From IMG/VR virus record IMGVR_UViG_3300037467_001806, positions 1 to 64,000 of that record: a stretch of DNA of 64,000 nucleotides; one strand, given 5' to 3'. Origin of the DNA: a virus. Each line of letters starts with the position of its first letter. The stretch's first letter is position 1. Both the position numbers and the translations under genes were made by a program. Shown in pieces: positions 49,531 through 58,576 of this stretch. Under the pieces are notes generated by a model. It was not told where the DNA came from. It did no database searches and saw nothing but the letters and a program-made list of their open reading frames with translations.

Positions 49531-49886
49531 ACAAACTCTTCTTGGCCCTGGCCCTCTCCACGGCCATCCTCACCGCCGGCTGCGGCGGACGTATCAACGA
49601 ATTCAACGGCGCCGATGGCGCACCGGGGGCGCAAGGCCCGGCTGGTCCGGCCGGCCCCCAGGGTCCGCAAGGCGCGCAAGGACCACAAGGTGATACCGGC
49701 GCAACTGGCCCTCAAGGTCCGCAAGGGCCGGCAGGCCAGGATGGCGCACCCGGTGCCCCGGGCCAGGACGGCAAGGATGGTAAGGACGCTCACCCTGTCC
49801 CGCCCGTGATTGTCGTCTGCCCTCCGGTGCCTGCGCATTTCGGCGGGCATGCCGGTGCCATGTGCTCAGGTGGCCACGACCACTAA
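49527..49886 (+). CDS. lipoprotein with collagen-like triple-helix repeats
   Basis: Signal peptide plus lipobox [19 protein letters not shown]. 20 consecutive G-X-Y triplets ([16 protein letters not shown]...GKDGKD, about nt 49608-49787). Cys/His/Pro-rich tail. Confidence 0.75.
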   Translation: MNKLFLALALSTAILTAGCGGRINEFNGADGAPGAQGPAGPAGPQGPQGAQGPQGDTGATGPQGPQGPAGQDGAPGAPGQDGKDGKDAHPVPPVIVVCPPVPAHFGGHAGAMCSGGHDH

Positions 49887-50061
49887 ACCCAAGTACCCAC
49901 AGCCCGTTCCCTCCTGGGCGCGGGCTGTGGGTGATTACAAACCTGGATACAACGAACTGATATGCCCGCACTGCCAGTTTCCCTACGCCGGACACGAGGA
50001 CTCCAAGTCCTGCGAGCGGTGCGCGCGCAAACGGTTCTTCCCTGAACCAAAGGTGCCTTAG
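49849..50061 (+). CDS. small zinc-ribbon protein (start uncertain; ATG 49849 or GTG 49870)
   Basis: CPHCQF..SCERC pairs. Overlaps the end of the collagen-like gene. Confidence 0.45.
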   Translation: MPVPCAQVATTTKPKYPQPVPSWARAVGDYKPGYNELICPHCQFPYAGHEDSKSCERCARKRFFPEPKVP

Positions 50062-50066
50062 ACATC

Positions 50067-50294
50067 ATGGCTAAATTTCGCAAACGACCCGTCGTCATTG
50101 AAGCAGTGCGATGGATGAAGCCTGGCGACCACGCCAAGGTGGAATGCAAGTACCCCTTCCCGCCGCAGATCATGACGTTGGAAGGACCGATGTACGTCTC
50201 CCCAGGTGACTGGATCATCACGGGTGTGGCAGGCGAGCACTACCCGTGCAAGCCCGACATCTTCAACAAGACATACGAGTACGTGGGGGACTGA
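50067..50294 (+). CDS. conserved small phage protein of unknown function
   Basis: RPVVIEAVRW..VSPGDWIITGVAGEHYPCKPDIFNKTYE, a pattern I recall from many phages. Confidence 0.7.
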   Translation: MAKFRKRPVVIEAVRWMKPGDHAKVECKYPFPPQIMTLEGPMYVSPGDWIITGVAGEHYPCKPDIFNKTYEYVGD

Positions 50295-50449
50295 TGCTGA
50301 CTCCCTCCATCCTCGCCCTGCTCAGTGAACGCCCGCTGCATCCTTGGGCGCTGCGCCATGCCCACATCCACACCACCTACCCGCTGGGTTATGTCAAGAA
50401 CCTGACGTTCGGCTCGATCAACGCGAGGAAAAAGCGTCATGGCCGATAA
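50294..50449 (+). CDS. hypothetical 51-aa protein
   Basis: TGATG coupling; internal ATG of track ORF 50246..50449. Confidence 0.45.
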   Translation: MLTPSILALLSERPLHPWALRHAHIHTTYPLGYVKNLTFGSINARKKRHGR

Positions 50450-50894
50450 ACCCATCCCGGCGTTACTGCGTAAAGACGTCGTCGCTTCCCCGCTTCCCTT
50501 CAAGGAAGCCACCATGGCCGACCCGTTGCTCGGCTCCCTGCCTACCGCCCCTGCTTTGAATTTGCTGTCCCAGGATGAACGCTCCCGTCAGGAGTTTTTC
50601 TTGATGCAGCAAGAGGCCATGCGGCTCAAGCAGCAGACCGGCGTGGACTTCGCCGTGGGTAACGCCGTGTGCGAAGCATGTGGCAACGAGTTCGCAGCCG
50701 TGGCGCCGGCTTCCGAGTCGGTCTTTCCTTGTCCGCGTTGCCGCACTCACCGCGCGCGCTGGAAATTTAACTTCATCAAGCCGGGGCCGCACTGGGCCTG
50801 TGGCTGTGGAAGTGTCACGTTTCGTGTGGCGCAGACCGGGGTCTACTGCCCCCAGTGTGGCCAGGATCAGGAACTACCGGGGTTCGTGAAATGA
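50439..50894 (+). CDS. four-Cys-pair zinc-ribbon protein (paralogue of 51801..52079)
   Basis: CEACGNEF..FPCPRC..WACGCGS..FRV..GVYCPQCG. Confidence 0.65.
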   Translation: MADKPIPALLRKDVVASPLPFKEATMADPLLGSLPTAPALNLLSQDERSRQEFFLMQQEAMRLKQQTGVDFAVGNAVCEACGNEFAAVAPASESVFPCPRCRTHRARWKFNFIKPGPHWACGCGSVTFRVAQTGVYCPQCGQDQELPGFVK

Positions 50895-51121
50895 ACAAGG
50901 CGACTGAAACAAACATAGTGCTGTTCGACGACTTCAACAAGAACAGCTATATCTCGACACACTTCACGCCCACGAGCGTGCGTATCACGTGGCAGGACTG
51001 GGCCAACCACAACGCGGACCTGGTCGTATGGCCGGTGACGATCAACACGCTGGCTGACCGTCGCGCGCTGGACCTGGGGCGGCGGATCATGAAGTGGATC
51101 AGCGAGGGTAAGGTTGACTGA
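50891..51121 (+). CDS. hypothetical protein
   Basis: ATGA coupling; 76 aa. Confidence 0.6.
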   Translation: MNKATETNIVLFDDFNKNSYISTHFTPTSVRITWQDWANHNADLVVWPVTINTLADRRALDLGRRIMKWISEGKVD

Positions 51122-51122
51122 C

Positions 51123-51470
51123 ATGGACGCCAGACCTGACAACATCTACTTCTCATGGACCGGCGCTGTGCCGCAGAGCCCCTGGCAGCCGAGTTCGGCT
51201 TTTTTGCATTTCCTGAACACCGACCTGTGCGGCAACCACATGTGGGAGGAACGCAAGGCTGTTGGCTGGGCGTCCGACGCCATGGTCATGACCCAGGAGA
51301 AGAAGAAATCGGCCACTGCCCACGGCAAGGGCGTGACCAAGCGGCGCGCGCCCAAGGTGCTCACCGCGAATCAGCGCAAGTACCTGTCCGGACAGAAGTT
51401 CTCCAAGAAGGACTTCGCCGAAATGGACCTGGCTGTGTCCATGGTTAAAAAAGTGAAGGAGAAAGCATGA
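51123..51470 (+). CDS. hypothetical protein with basic C-terminus
   Basis: ATG 2 nt after the upstream stop. Confidence 0.6.
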   Translation: MDARPDNIYFSWTGAVPQSPWQPSSAFLHFLNTDLCGNHMWEERKAVGWASDAMVMTQEKKKSATAHGKGVTKRRAPKVLTANQRKYLSGQKFSKKDFAEMDLAVSMVKKVKEKA

Positions 51471-51628
51471 AGGCGCTCAAGCACGCCTACTACTGGCTTC
51501 TTGACACCGTCTACATGGTGCGCTACCGCACCACGAAATGGGAGTTGGAAGGCGTTGAGATCGACCCTGGGTACACCTCGCCCGGCGGCCGGCCTGCGCT
51601 CAATGGATGGAAACGAAAGGAAAAGTGA
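51467..51628 (+). CDS. 53-aa hypothetical protein (below track cutoff)
   Basis: Hand translation gives MKALKHAYYWLLDTVYMVRYRTTKWELEGVEIDPGYTSPGGRPALNGWKRKEK. ATGA coupling at both ends. Confidence 0.45.
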   Translation: MKALKHAYYWLLDTVYMVRYRTTKWELEGVEIDPGYTSPGGRPALNGWKRKEK

Positions 51629-51801
51629 TGAGCCTGAACATCAAGAAAGCAATAAAACGTCCGGGGGAGCTTCACCGTGATTTGAACGTGCCGCAAGGGC
51701 AGAAAATCCCGGCCAAGAAGCTGGAAGCGGCGGCTAAAAAACCCGGCAAGGTAGGTCAGCGCGCGCGATTCGCCGAGACGCTCAAAGGGTTCAAGAAGTA
51801 A
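51628..51801 (+). CDS. small basic protein
   Basis: MSLNIKKAIKRPGELHRDLNVPQGQKIPAKKLEAAAKKPGKVGQRARFAETLKGF. Starts at an internal ATG of track ORF 51607..51801, overlapping the upstream TGA. Confidence 0.55.
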   Translation: MSLNIKKAIKRPGELHRDLNVPQGQKIPAKKLEAAAKKPGKVGQRARFAETLKGFKK

Positions 51802-52079
51802 TGGGTGACGTCGTCCACCTGCAACGCCACGACGGCCCACACGCCGCCGGTGAAGCGGTCTGCTTGGCATGCCAGAACAAGTGGCAAGCGGGGGCGCCGT
51901 TTCCGGTTACGACGTTTCTGGAATGCCCCAAATGCAGTGCCATGAAGGGCGTGTACGTGAACTATTTTGCCCCGCCTGCCGAAACTGTCTGGACGTGTAA
52001 TTGCGAGGCGCAGTTGTTCTTCGTGACGAATAACGGCGTGTTCTGCCCTAACTGCGGCGTCAAGCAAAAGGGTTGGTGA
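51801..52079 (+). CDS. four-Cys-pair zinc-ribbon protein (paralogue of 50439..50894)
   Basis: CLACQNKW..LECPKC..WTCNCEA..FFV..GVFCPNCG. Confidence 0.65.
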   Translation: MGDVVHLQRHDGPHAAGEAVCLACQNKWQAGAPFPVTTFLECPKCSAMKGVYVNYFAPPAETVWTCNCEAQLFFVTNNGVFCPNCGVKQKGW

Positions 52080-53635
52080 TGACCCACGACCTGTCTCCTG
52101 ACGACATCGACTTCCTGATCGAGAACATCGACCGGCTGGACCCGGCCGAGCGCGATGAGGTGCAGAAGATGATCGACGCCCTGTCGGTGCGTGAGGAAAT
52201 GGTCGATGCGAGTTCCAAGTTTTTGTCGTTCATGCGAACGGTCGAGCCCAGCATGTTGCAGGGGCCGCAGCATCGGATCATTGGCAAGCTGTTCGATCGG
52301 ATAGTGGCTGGCGACTTGAAGCGCGTGATTATCAACATCGCGCCGCGGCATTCCAAGTCGACCATGTCGTCGTACTTGTTTCCGGCATTTTTCCTGGGCC
52401 GCTTCCCGAAAAAGAAAATCATCATGGCCTCGCACACGGGCGATCTGGCCGTGGACTTCGGCCGCAAGGTGCGTAACTTGGTGAACAGTCCGATCTACTC
52501 CAAGGTATTCCCCAATGTAACGCTGGCAGCCGACAGCAAGGCTGCTGGCCGGTGGAACACCAACGAAGGCGGCGAGTATTTCGCGCTTGGTGTGGGTGCT
52601 GCCATGGCCGGTCGCGGCGGTGACCTGGTGGTGATTGACGATCCGCACTCCGAGCAGGAAGCCAAGTCCGGAAATCCGGCTGTGTTCGATCAGGCGTACG
52701 AATGGTTCATGTCCGGTCCGCGGCAACGTCTGCAGCCGGGAGGCGCCATAGTCGTGCTGATGACGCGCTGGAACAAGCGTGATCTGACCGGGCGCATCTT
52801 GGAGCAGATGACGCAGAACCCGGACAGCGACCACTGGGAAGTGGTTGAGCTGCCGGCTATCTTGAACGAGGGTAGCGAAGACCCGGAAAAGCCGCCCAAG
52901 CCGTTGTGGCCTGAGTTCTGGAGTTTGAAAGAACTGCTGGCGGTGAAGAACTCGATCGACAACCGCTACTGGCAGGCGCAGTACATGCAGAACCCGGTGG
53001 CGGACGAAGGCGCCATCATCAAGCGTGAGTGGTGGCGCGCGTGGGAGAAGGACGAACCACCCCAGTGCGAGTTCATCATCGGCTCCCTGGACGCCGCGGC
53101 CGAAGCCAAGGAGCTGGCCGACTATACCTCGCTCACCGTGTGGGGTGTGTTTTACATCGACGACGAGAACGGCGAGAAGCAGGCCAACTTGATCCTGCTC
53201 GAATCCATCCGCAGGCGCATCGAGTTTCCTGAATTGAAGGACTTGGCCTACAAGCAGTACAAGCAATGGAACATGGACACGTTCATTGTCGAGAAAAAGT
53301 CCGCGGGCACCCAGCTCTACCAGGAAATGCGCAGGCGTGGCGTGCCTGTGTCTGAGTTTACACCGACAAGGGCTACCGGCGACAAGGCTGTGCGCTTGAA
53401 TGCGGTGGCCGACATCGTGCGCTCCGGCATGGTCTGGTACCCCGTGGGCCGGCGCTGGGCGCTTGACTTGATTGACGAGGTGGCAGGTTTTCCTGACTAC
53501 GGCTCGGACGACCGGGTGGATACCACATCCATGGCACTGGCGCGTTTTCGCAACGCCGGTTTTATTCGCCTGCCGTCTGACACTGACTTCGACGATGACG
53601 CACCGTCCTATCGTCGCGTTAAAAAATACTATTGA
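52079..53635 (+). CDS. terL: terminase large subunit
   Basis: ATG overlaps the upstream TGA; the track start is TTG at 52073. ATPase region INIAPRHSKST and LVVIDDPHSEQE. The C-terminal nuclease-like region has acidic motifs (GSLDAA, VEKKSAG, GSDDRVD). Confidence 0.85.
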   Translation: MTHDLSPDDIDFLIENIDRLDPAERDEVQKMIDALSVREEMVDASSKFLSFMRTVEPSMLQGPQHRIIGKLFDRIVAGDLKRVIINIAPRHSKSTMSSYLFPAFFLGRFPKKKIIMASHTGDLAVDFGRKVRNLVNSPIYSKVFPNVTLAADSKAAGRWNTNEGGEYFALGVGAAMAGRGGDLVVIDDPHSEQEAKSGNPAVFDQAYEWFMSGPRQRLQPGGAIVVLMTRWNKRDLTGRILEQMTQNPDSDHWEVVELPAILNEGSEDPEKPPKPLWPEFWSLKELLAVKNSIDNRYWQAQYMQNPVADEGAIIKREWWRAWEKDEPPQCEFIIGSLDAAAEAKELADYTSLTVWGVFYIDDENGEKQANLILLESIRRRIEFPELKDLAYKQYKQWNMDTFIVEKKSAGTQLYQEMRRRGVPVSEFTPTRATGDKAVRLNAVADIVRSGMVWYPVGRRWALDLIDEVAGFPDYGSDDRVDTTSMALARFRNAGFIRLPSDTDFDDDAPSYRRVKKYY

Positions 53636-53645
53636 AGGATAAAAC

Positions 53646-56411
53646 ATGGCCGTAGACAAAGCATTGAACCGCATGCCCAAGGGGCGCACCGAGCCTGCCT
53701 TGGAGATTGTGGTATCGGATTCGCCCACGCTGACCGAGAACGAAGACGGCAGCGTCGTGGTCGATCTGTCCGGCGGCAAGGACGAGAAGGAAGAAAATAA
53801 ATCGTCGGCGTCCTTCGATGCCAACTTGGCCGAAACCCTGGACCAGCAAGTCCTGGTGGCCCTGGCTGGTGAACTGCTCGCTGACATTGACAGCGACAGG
53901 ATGTCGCGGGCCGACTGGGAGAAGACGCTGACCGATGGCTTGAAGCTCCTGGGCCTGAAGATTGAGCAGCGCAGCGAGCCGTGGGAGAACGCCTGCGGTG
54001 TGGTGCACCCGGTATTGACCGAAGCCGTGGTTCGCTTTCAGTCGGAAATGATGAGCGAGACCTTTCCGGCTGCTGGCCCCGTCAAGTGCAAGGTGCTGGG
54101 CAAGGAGACGCAGCAAAAACGCGAAGCCAGCGACCGTGTGCGCGAGGACATGAACATCGAGCTGACCGATCGCATGCAGGAGTACCGCCGCGAGCATGAG
54201 CGTCTGCTGTGGAATCTGCCCATCGCCGGTACGGCCCTGAAGAAAATCTATTACGACCCGTCGCTTGGCCGCCAGTGCTCCATGTTCGTGGCCGCTGAAG
54301 ACTTCATCGTGGCCAATGGCACGACCGATCTGCGCACCTGCCCGCGTTATACGCAGGTGATGAAGCTCACGCCCAACGACTTGAACCGCGCCATCGCGGC
54401 CGGTCAGTACATCGACCCCGAACTGACCGAGCCGGCGGCTTCCTCGCCCGACCAAATCACCGAAGCCAAGCAAGAGTTGTCGGGCCAGACCGACAGCCAG
54501 GGCCGGCCGACGCACCATGAGCTGTACGAGTGCTGCGTGGAGACGCACATCGAAGGTGCCGATGAAGGCTTCGCGCCTTACATTGTCACGATCGAGAAGA
54601 GTACAGCCAAGGTGCTGTCCGTGCGCCGCAACTGGGCCGAAGACGACGAAACCCGGCAGAAGATTCAGTATTTCGTCGACTACCACTACGTGCCGGGCTT
54701 CGGCTTCTACAGCTTTGGCCTGATTCATTTGGTGGGCGGCTTCGCTGAAGGTGCGACGTCGATCCTGCGGCAGCTCGTGGACGCCGGCACGCTGTCCAAT
54801 CTCCCTGGCGGTTTCAAGGCCAAGGGCATGCGCGTGCGTAACGAGAACGAACCGATCGCTCCTGGCGAATGGCGCGACGTGGATGTGCCCAGCGGCATGT
54901 TGAAAGACAACCTGCTGCCGATGCCTTACAAGGAGCCCAGCGCTGTGCTGGCGCAGCTTCTGGAAATGATTGTCGACGAAGGCCGCAAGCTGGCTGCCGT
55001 GGCCGAAATGAAGATCGCCGACTTCGACAGCAACTCGCCGGTGGGCACCACCATGGCGCTGCTGGAGCGCACGCTGAAAGTCATGACGGCTATTCAGTCG
55101 CGCATCTACGACTCCATGAAGTACGAGTTCCGCTTGATTAAAGCGCTCGTCATGGAGCACGGCGACTCGTCCTACGAGTACGAGCCCGAAACCGGCACCG
55201 TGGACATGCGGCAGCAGGACTACACCAGCGTGGATATTTTGCCGGTGGCAGACCCGAACGCAGCAACGATGAGCCAGCGGATCGTGCAGTGGCAGGCGGT
55301 GATGCAACTGATTCAGATGGCGCCGCAGATTTACGACATGCCCCAGGTGCACGGCCGCATGCTCAACGTGCTCAACATTCAGGGCGCTGATGAGTTGATC
55401 CCGGCGCTGAAGGCACAGTCTGGTCCGCGCGACCCGGTGTCGGAGAACATGGCGTTGCTGCAGATGCAGCCGGTCAAAGCGTTCCCGATGCAGGACCACC
55501 AGTCGCACATCGCCGTGCATATGGCGGCCATGCAAGACCCGATGATCCAGCAGATGATAGGCCAGAGTCCGCAGGCCCAGTCGATCTCGGCGGCCGCCTA
55601 CGCGCACGTGGTGGAACACGTGGCCTTCGAATATCGCAATCAGATCGAGAAGAACCTGGGCACCCCACTGCCTCCGCCGGACCAACCGCTGCCACCGGAG
55701 ATCGAGTACCAACTGTCCGGGCTCGTCGCCGCCGCGGCGCAGAAACTGCTGGGCCAAAACCAAGCCTTCATGCAGCAGATGGCGCAGCAAGCAGCGGCAC
55801 AAGACCCGATCGCCCAGCAACAGATGATGGACACCCAGGTCAAGATGCGCGAAGTCGCGCGCAAGGAGAAAAAGGATCAGGCGGACGTCCAGATCGACGC
55901 GGCCAAGCTGGCGCTGGAGAAGGAAAAGGTCGAAGGCCAGAACATGCAGGCAGCCTTGCAGGAAATCCTCACCATGCTGCGCGAACAGAAGGGGCAGCAG
56001 CACGACGTTCGCATGCACGCCCTGGAAACGGCGGCAGATCAGCAGTCCGCTGTGCGCGACCATCAACTCACCAGCCAGCAGCAGGCGCAGCAACACGCCC
56101 AATCCATGCAGGCCGGCGCCATCGATCGTCAGCATCAGGTTGGCATGGCCGATCGTCAGCACCAACAGGGACTGCAGCAAAGCCAGATGCAGCATCAGCA
56201 GTCGATGCAGGCGACCCAGCAGTCGCAGCAGCACGACAAGACTATGAAGGCCGGCGACCAGGCCTTCCAAGAAGATCAATCGCTGCAGCAGCGCGCGCAC
56301 GACAGCAATACCAAGGCGGCTGACCGTGAGCACCAAGCCACGCTGGCTAAAGAAACCGCCAAGGTCAAGCCTGCGGCGGCGAAGAAACCGGCCAAGAAAG
56401 GAGCTAAGTGA
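53646..56411 (+). CDS. portal protein with long Gln-rich, Lys-tailed C-terminal extension
   Basis: 921-aa ORF directly after terL, with portal-like size and position. The last ~170 aa are Q/H/M-rich and end in KPAAAKKPAKKGAK. Confidence 0.75.
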   Translation: MAVDKALNRMPKGRTEPALEIVVSDSPTLTENEDGSVVVDLSGGKDEKEENKSSASFDANLAETLDQQVLVALAGELLADIDSDRMSRADWEKTLTDGLKLLGLKIEQRSEPWENACGVVHPVLTEAVVRFQSEMMSETFPAAGPVKCKVLGKETQQKREASDRVREDMNIELTDRMQEYRREHERLLWNLPIAGTALKKIYYDPSLGRQCSMFVAAEDFIVANGTTDLRTCPRYTQVMKLTPNDLNRAIAAGQYIDPELTEPAASSPDQITEAKQELSGQTDSQGRPTHHELYECCVETHIEGADEGFAPYIVTIEKSTAKVLSVRRNWAEDDETRQKIQYFVDYHYVPGFGFYSFGLIHLVGGFAEGATSILRQLVDAGTLSNLPGGFKAKGMRVRNENEPIAPGEWRDVDVPSGMLKDNLLPMPYKEPSAVLAQLLEMIVDEGRKLAAVAEMKIADFDSNSPVGTTMALLERTLKVMTAIQSRIYDSMKYEFRLIKALVMEHGDSSYEYEPETGTVDMRQQDYTSVDILPVADPNAATMSQRIVQWQAVMQLIQMAPQIYDMPQVHGRMLNVLNIQGADELIPALKAQSGPRDPVSENMALLQMQPVKAFPMQDHQSHIAVHMAAMQDPMIQQMIGQSPQAQSISAAAYAHVVEHVAFEYRNQIEKNLGTPLPPPDQPLPPEIEYQLSGLVAAAAQKLLGQNQAFMQQMAQQAAAQDPIAQQQMMDTQVKMREVARKEKKDQADVQIDAAKLALEKEKVEGQNMQAALQEILTMLREQKGQQHDVRMHALETAADQQSAVRDHQLTSQQQAQQHAQSMQAGAIDRQHQVGMADRQHQQGLQQSQMQHQQSMQATQQSQQHDKTMKAGDQAFQEDQSLQQRAHDSNTKAADREHQATLAKETAKVKPAAAKKPAKKGAK

Positions 56412-56620
56412 TGCTCAAGGACGAGGATGTACCGTTCAATCTCGACAAAGCAATGACGCAGTGGGTGAAGGACGAGGTGGCCACGCTTGACAATGCCATC
56501 CTCATCATCGGCTGCACGGATTTTGCCCAGTACAAGCATTTGACTGGACAAAGGCAAGGACTCCTGAAGGTGCAAGCGCGCCTGCAGGAGCTGTATGAAG
56601 AATGGAACAACAGAGGATAA
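56411..56620 (+). CDS. hypothetical head-module protein
   Basis: TGATG coupling to the portal gene. Confidence 0.6.
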   Translation: MLKDEDVPFNLDKAMTQWVKDEVATLDNAILIIGCTDFAQYKHLTGQRQGLLKVQARLQELYEEWNNRG

Positions 56621-56625
56621 ACCCC

Positions 56626-57096
56626 ATGAATGAGCAAGAACAACTATCTGCGCAAACGACGGAAGAAGTCTCCACCGCCAGCGCCACCGTCACCGAGCAC
56701 ACCGCCGTCGACATGCACGACAGCATGCCGATTGGCCCTGCCGGCGCTGTTGCGGCCGTGAGCGAGGTCCAGGCCGAAACGAAACTGATCGTGAAGGATG
56801 CTGGCGCACCGACTGAAATCCGTTATCGCCAAGTGGCAGACGGCAGCACGTCTGCCCCCAGTGCCGAAGATTTCGATACGCCGCTGGACCAGATCGCACC
56901 GGAAAACGTGTTCTTCCCGGTGCAGAACCCGGCCGGCGAAGAAGCCGCTGCGGAAGACGCCACTTACGCCATGCCGGTACCGTCGGGCGCCTTGGGCGCC
57001 ATGCTGGACCAGATTTACATGGCGGTGGAATACGCCGGCGATGAAGTGAAAGACAACGTGCGCGCTCTGGTGCGCCGCACGCGCGAAATGATCTAA
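56626..57096 (+). CDS. acidic head-module protein
   Basis: ATG after AGAGGATAAACCCC; Glu/Ala/Thr-rich. Confidence 0.6.
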   Translation: MNEQEQLSAQTTEEVSTASATVTEHTAVDMHDSMPIGPAGAVAAVSEVQAETKLIVKDAGAPTEIRYRQVADGSTSAPSAEDFDTPLDQIAPENVFFPVQNPAGEEAAAEDATYAMPVPSGALGAMLDQIYMAVEYAGDEVKDNVRALVRRTREMI

Positions 57097-57107
57097 GGAG
57101 AGAAGCA

Positions 57108-57548
57108 ATGAGTGACGAAGGTCGCGTCTTGAATTTCGGCGGCAGTGAATACGAGCTGCAGCCGGTCAAGGAACAAAAAGCACCGGAACGTGAGTTGACC
57201 GATCAGGAAATGGAGGACGCCATGCCCCATCCCTGCGGCTTCAAGCTGTTGATTGCGTTGCCGGACCAGGATGACACCTACACCGGCAGCATCATCATCA
57301 AGACCGATGAAACCAAGCGCAATGAGCAGGTGATGTCAGTGGTGGGCGCCGTGATCGACATGGGACCGGACGCCTACAAGGACGCCAGCCGCTTCCCCAG
57401 CGGCCCGTACTGCAAGGTGGGCGACTATGTGCTGATTGCACCCTACCAAGGCCAACGGTTTTACGTTGGCAAGCGCGAGTTTCGTCTGTTGAATGACGAC
57501 TCCATTCTGGGCGTGGTCACTGACCCGTCCCTCTACCGCCGTCTGTAA
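57108..57548 (+). CDS. GroES/Cpn10-like protein
   Basis: FKLLIAL..YTGSIIIKTDETKRNEQVMSVVGAVIDMG..CKVGDYVLIAPYQGQRFYVGKREFRLLNDDSILGVV parallels the GroES pattern (GGI.l..G.VvavG..vkvGD.V....y.g.......y.il.e.dIlavv). Confidence 0.6.
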   Translation: MSDEGRVLNFGGSEYELQPVKEQKAPERELTDQEMEDAMPHPCGFKLLIALPDQDDTYTGSIIIKTDETKRNEQVMSVVGAVIDMGPDAYKDASRFPSGPYCKVGDYVLIAPYQGQRFYVGKREFRLLNDDSILGVVTDPSLYRRL

Positions 57549-57559
57549 AGGAAAACGCC

Positions 57560-58576
57560 ATGGGCATTGAAAATCAAAACCAGGACGACGAAGTCGAAGT
57601 CAACCTGGAACAGCCGGGCAAGTTCGAGATCGAGGTTGTCGATGACACCCCGGCTGAAGATCGCAATCGCAAGCCGCTGGCGAAGGACGTGCTCGCCGAC
57701 GATGCCGACGCCGACGCTGAAGAATATAGCGAAAAAGTCAAGAAACGCATCAACGAGGTCAAGCGCGCCGTACACGACGAGCGCCGCGCGCGCGAAGCCG
57801 CGGAACGCCGGGCTACCGAGCTGGAACGGGTGGCGCAGGAGGCCATTCGCCGCAGTCAGCTCGTGCAGCGCCAATACACCTATGGCGAAGCGGCCTATGC
57901 GGACGACACCGTCAAGGCGGCCCAGGCGGCGGTAGCCGCGGCCAAGGCAGCGTACCGTCAGGCCTATGACGCGGGTGACCCTGACAAGGTGACGGATGCG
58001 GCTGAAAAACTGTCCGAAGCCAAGAACAAGGAAAGTCAGGCTTTGGCCTGGGCGGCGCAGGCCAAACAAAAAGTTCAACTTGGGGCTTTACAAACCAAAG
58101 AGCGTGGTGTAGATTCCGAGCAACACCTTCCTGCCACGCAACAGTCGACCCCCGCGGCCGACCCCCGCGCAGAGCAGTGGATGTCGGAAAACCCGTGGTG
58201 GAACACTGACCCGGAAATGACGGCAGCCGCATGGGGAGTGCACGAACGCCTTACGCGCGCCGGGGTTGACCCCCGCCGCGACGCCGAAAAGTATTACCAG
58301 GAAGTCGACGCTACGATGCGTCGCCGCTTTCCGGAATACGAGTGGGACGACACCGATTCTGCGGCCCCGCCGCGTAACAAGGACGGCACCTTCGCCCCAC
58401 GATCAAAATCCGCTACCGCGCCGGTTGCCCCTGTCAAGCGTGTCTCGACTGGGAACCCCAACCCGAACAAGGTAGTGCTGACCAAGACCCAAGTTGAAAC
58501 GGCCGAACGCCTCGGGGTAAGCCTTGAGGAATACGCGCGTGAATGGGTCAAATTGAACAAAGGAGCGCAATCATGA
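57560..58576 (+). CDS. scaffolding protein (putative)
   Basis: Highly charged, Ala/Glu/Arg-rich helical 338-aa protein located between the portal and capsid genes. Confidence 0.55.
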   Translation: MGIENQNQDDEVEVNLEQPGKFEIEVVDDTPAEDRNRKPLAKDVLADDADADAEEYSEKVKKRINEVKRAVHDERRAREAAERRATELERVAQEAIRRSQLVQRQYTYGEAAYADDTVKAAQAAVAAAKAAYRQAYDAGDPDKVTDAAEKLSEAKNKESQALAWAAQAKQKVQLGALQTKERGVDSEQHLPATQQSTPAADPRAEQWMSENPWWNTDPEMTAAAWGVHERLTRAGVDPRRDAEKYYQEVDATMRRRFPEYEWDDTDSAAPPRNKDGTFAPRSKSATAPVAPVKRVSTGNPNPNKVVLTKTQVETAERLGVSLEEYAREWVKLNKGAQS

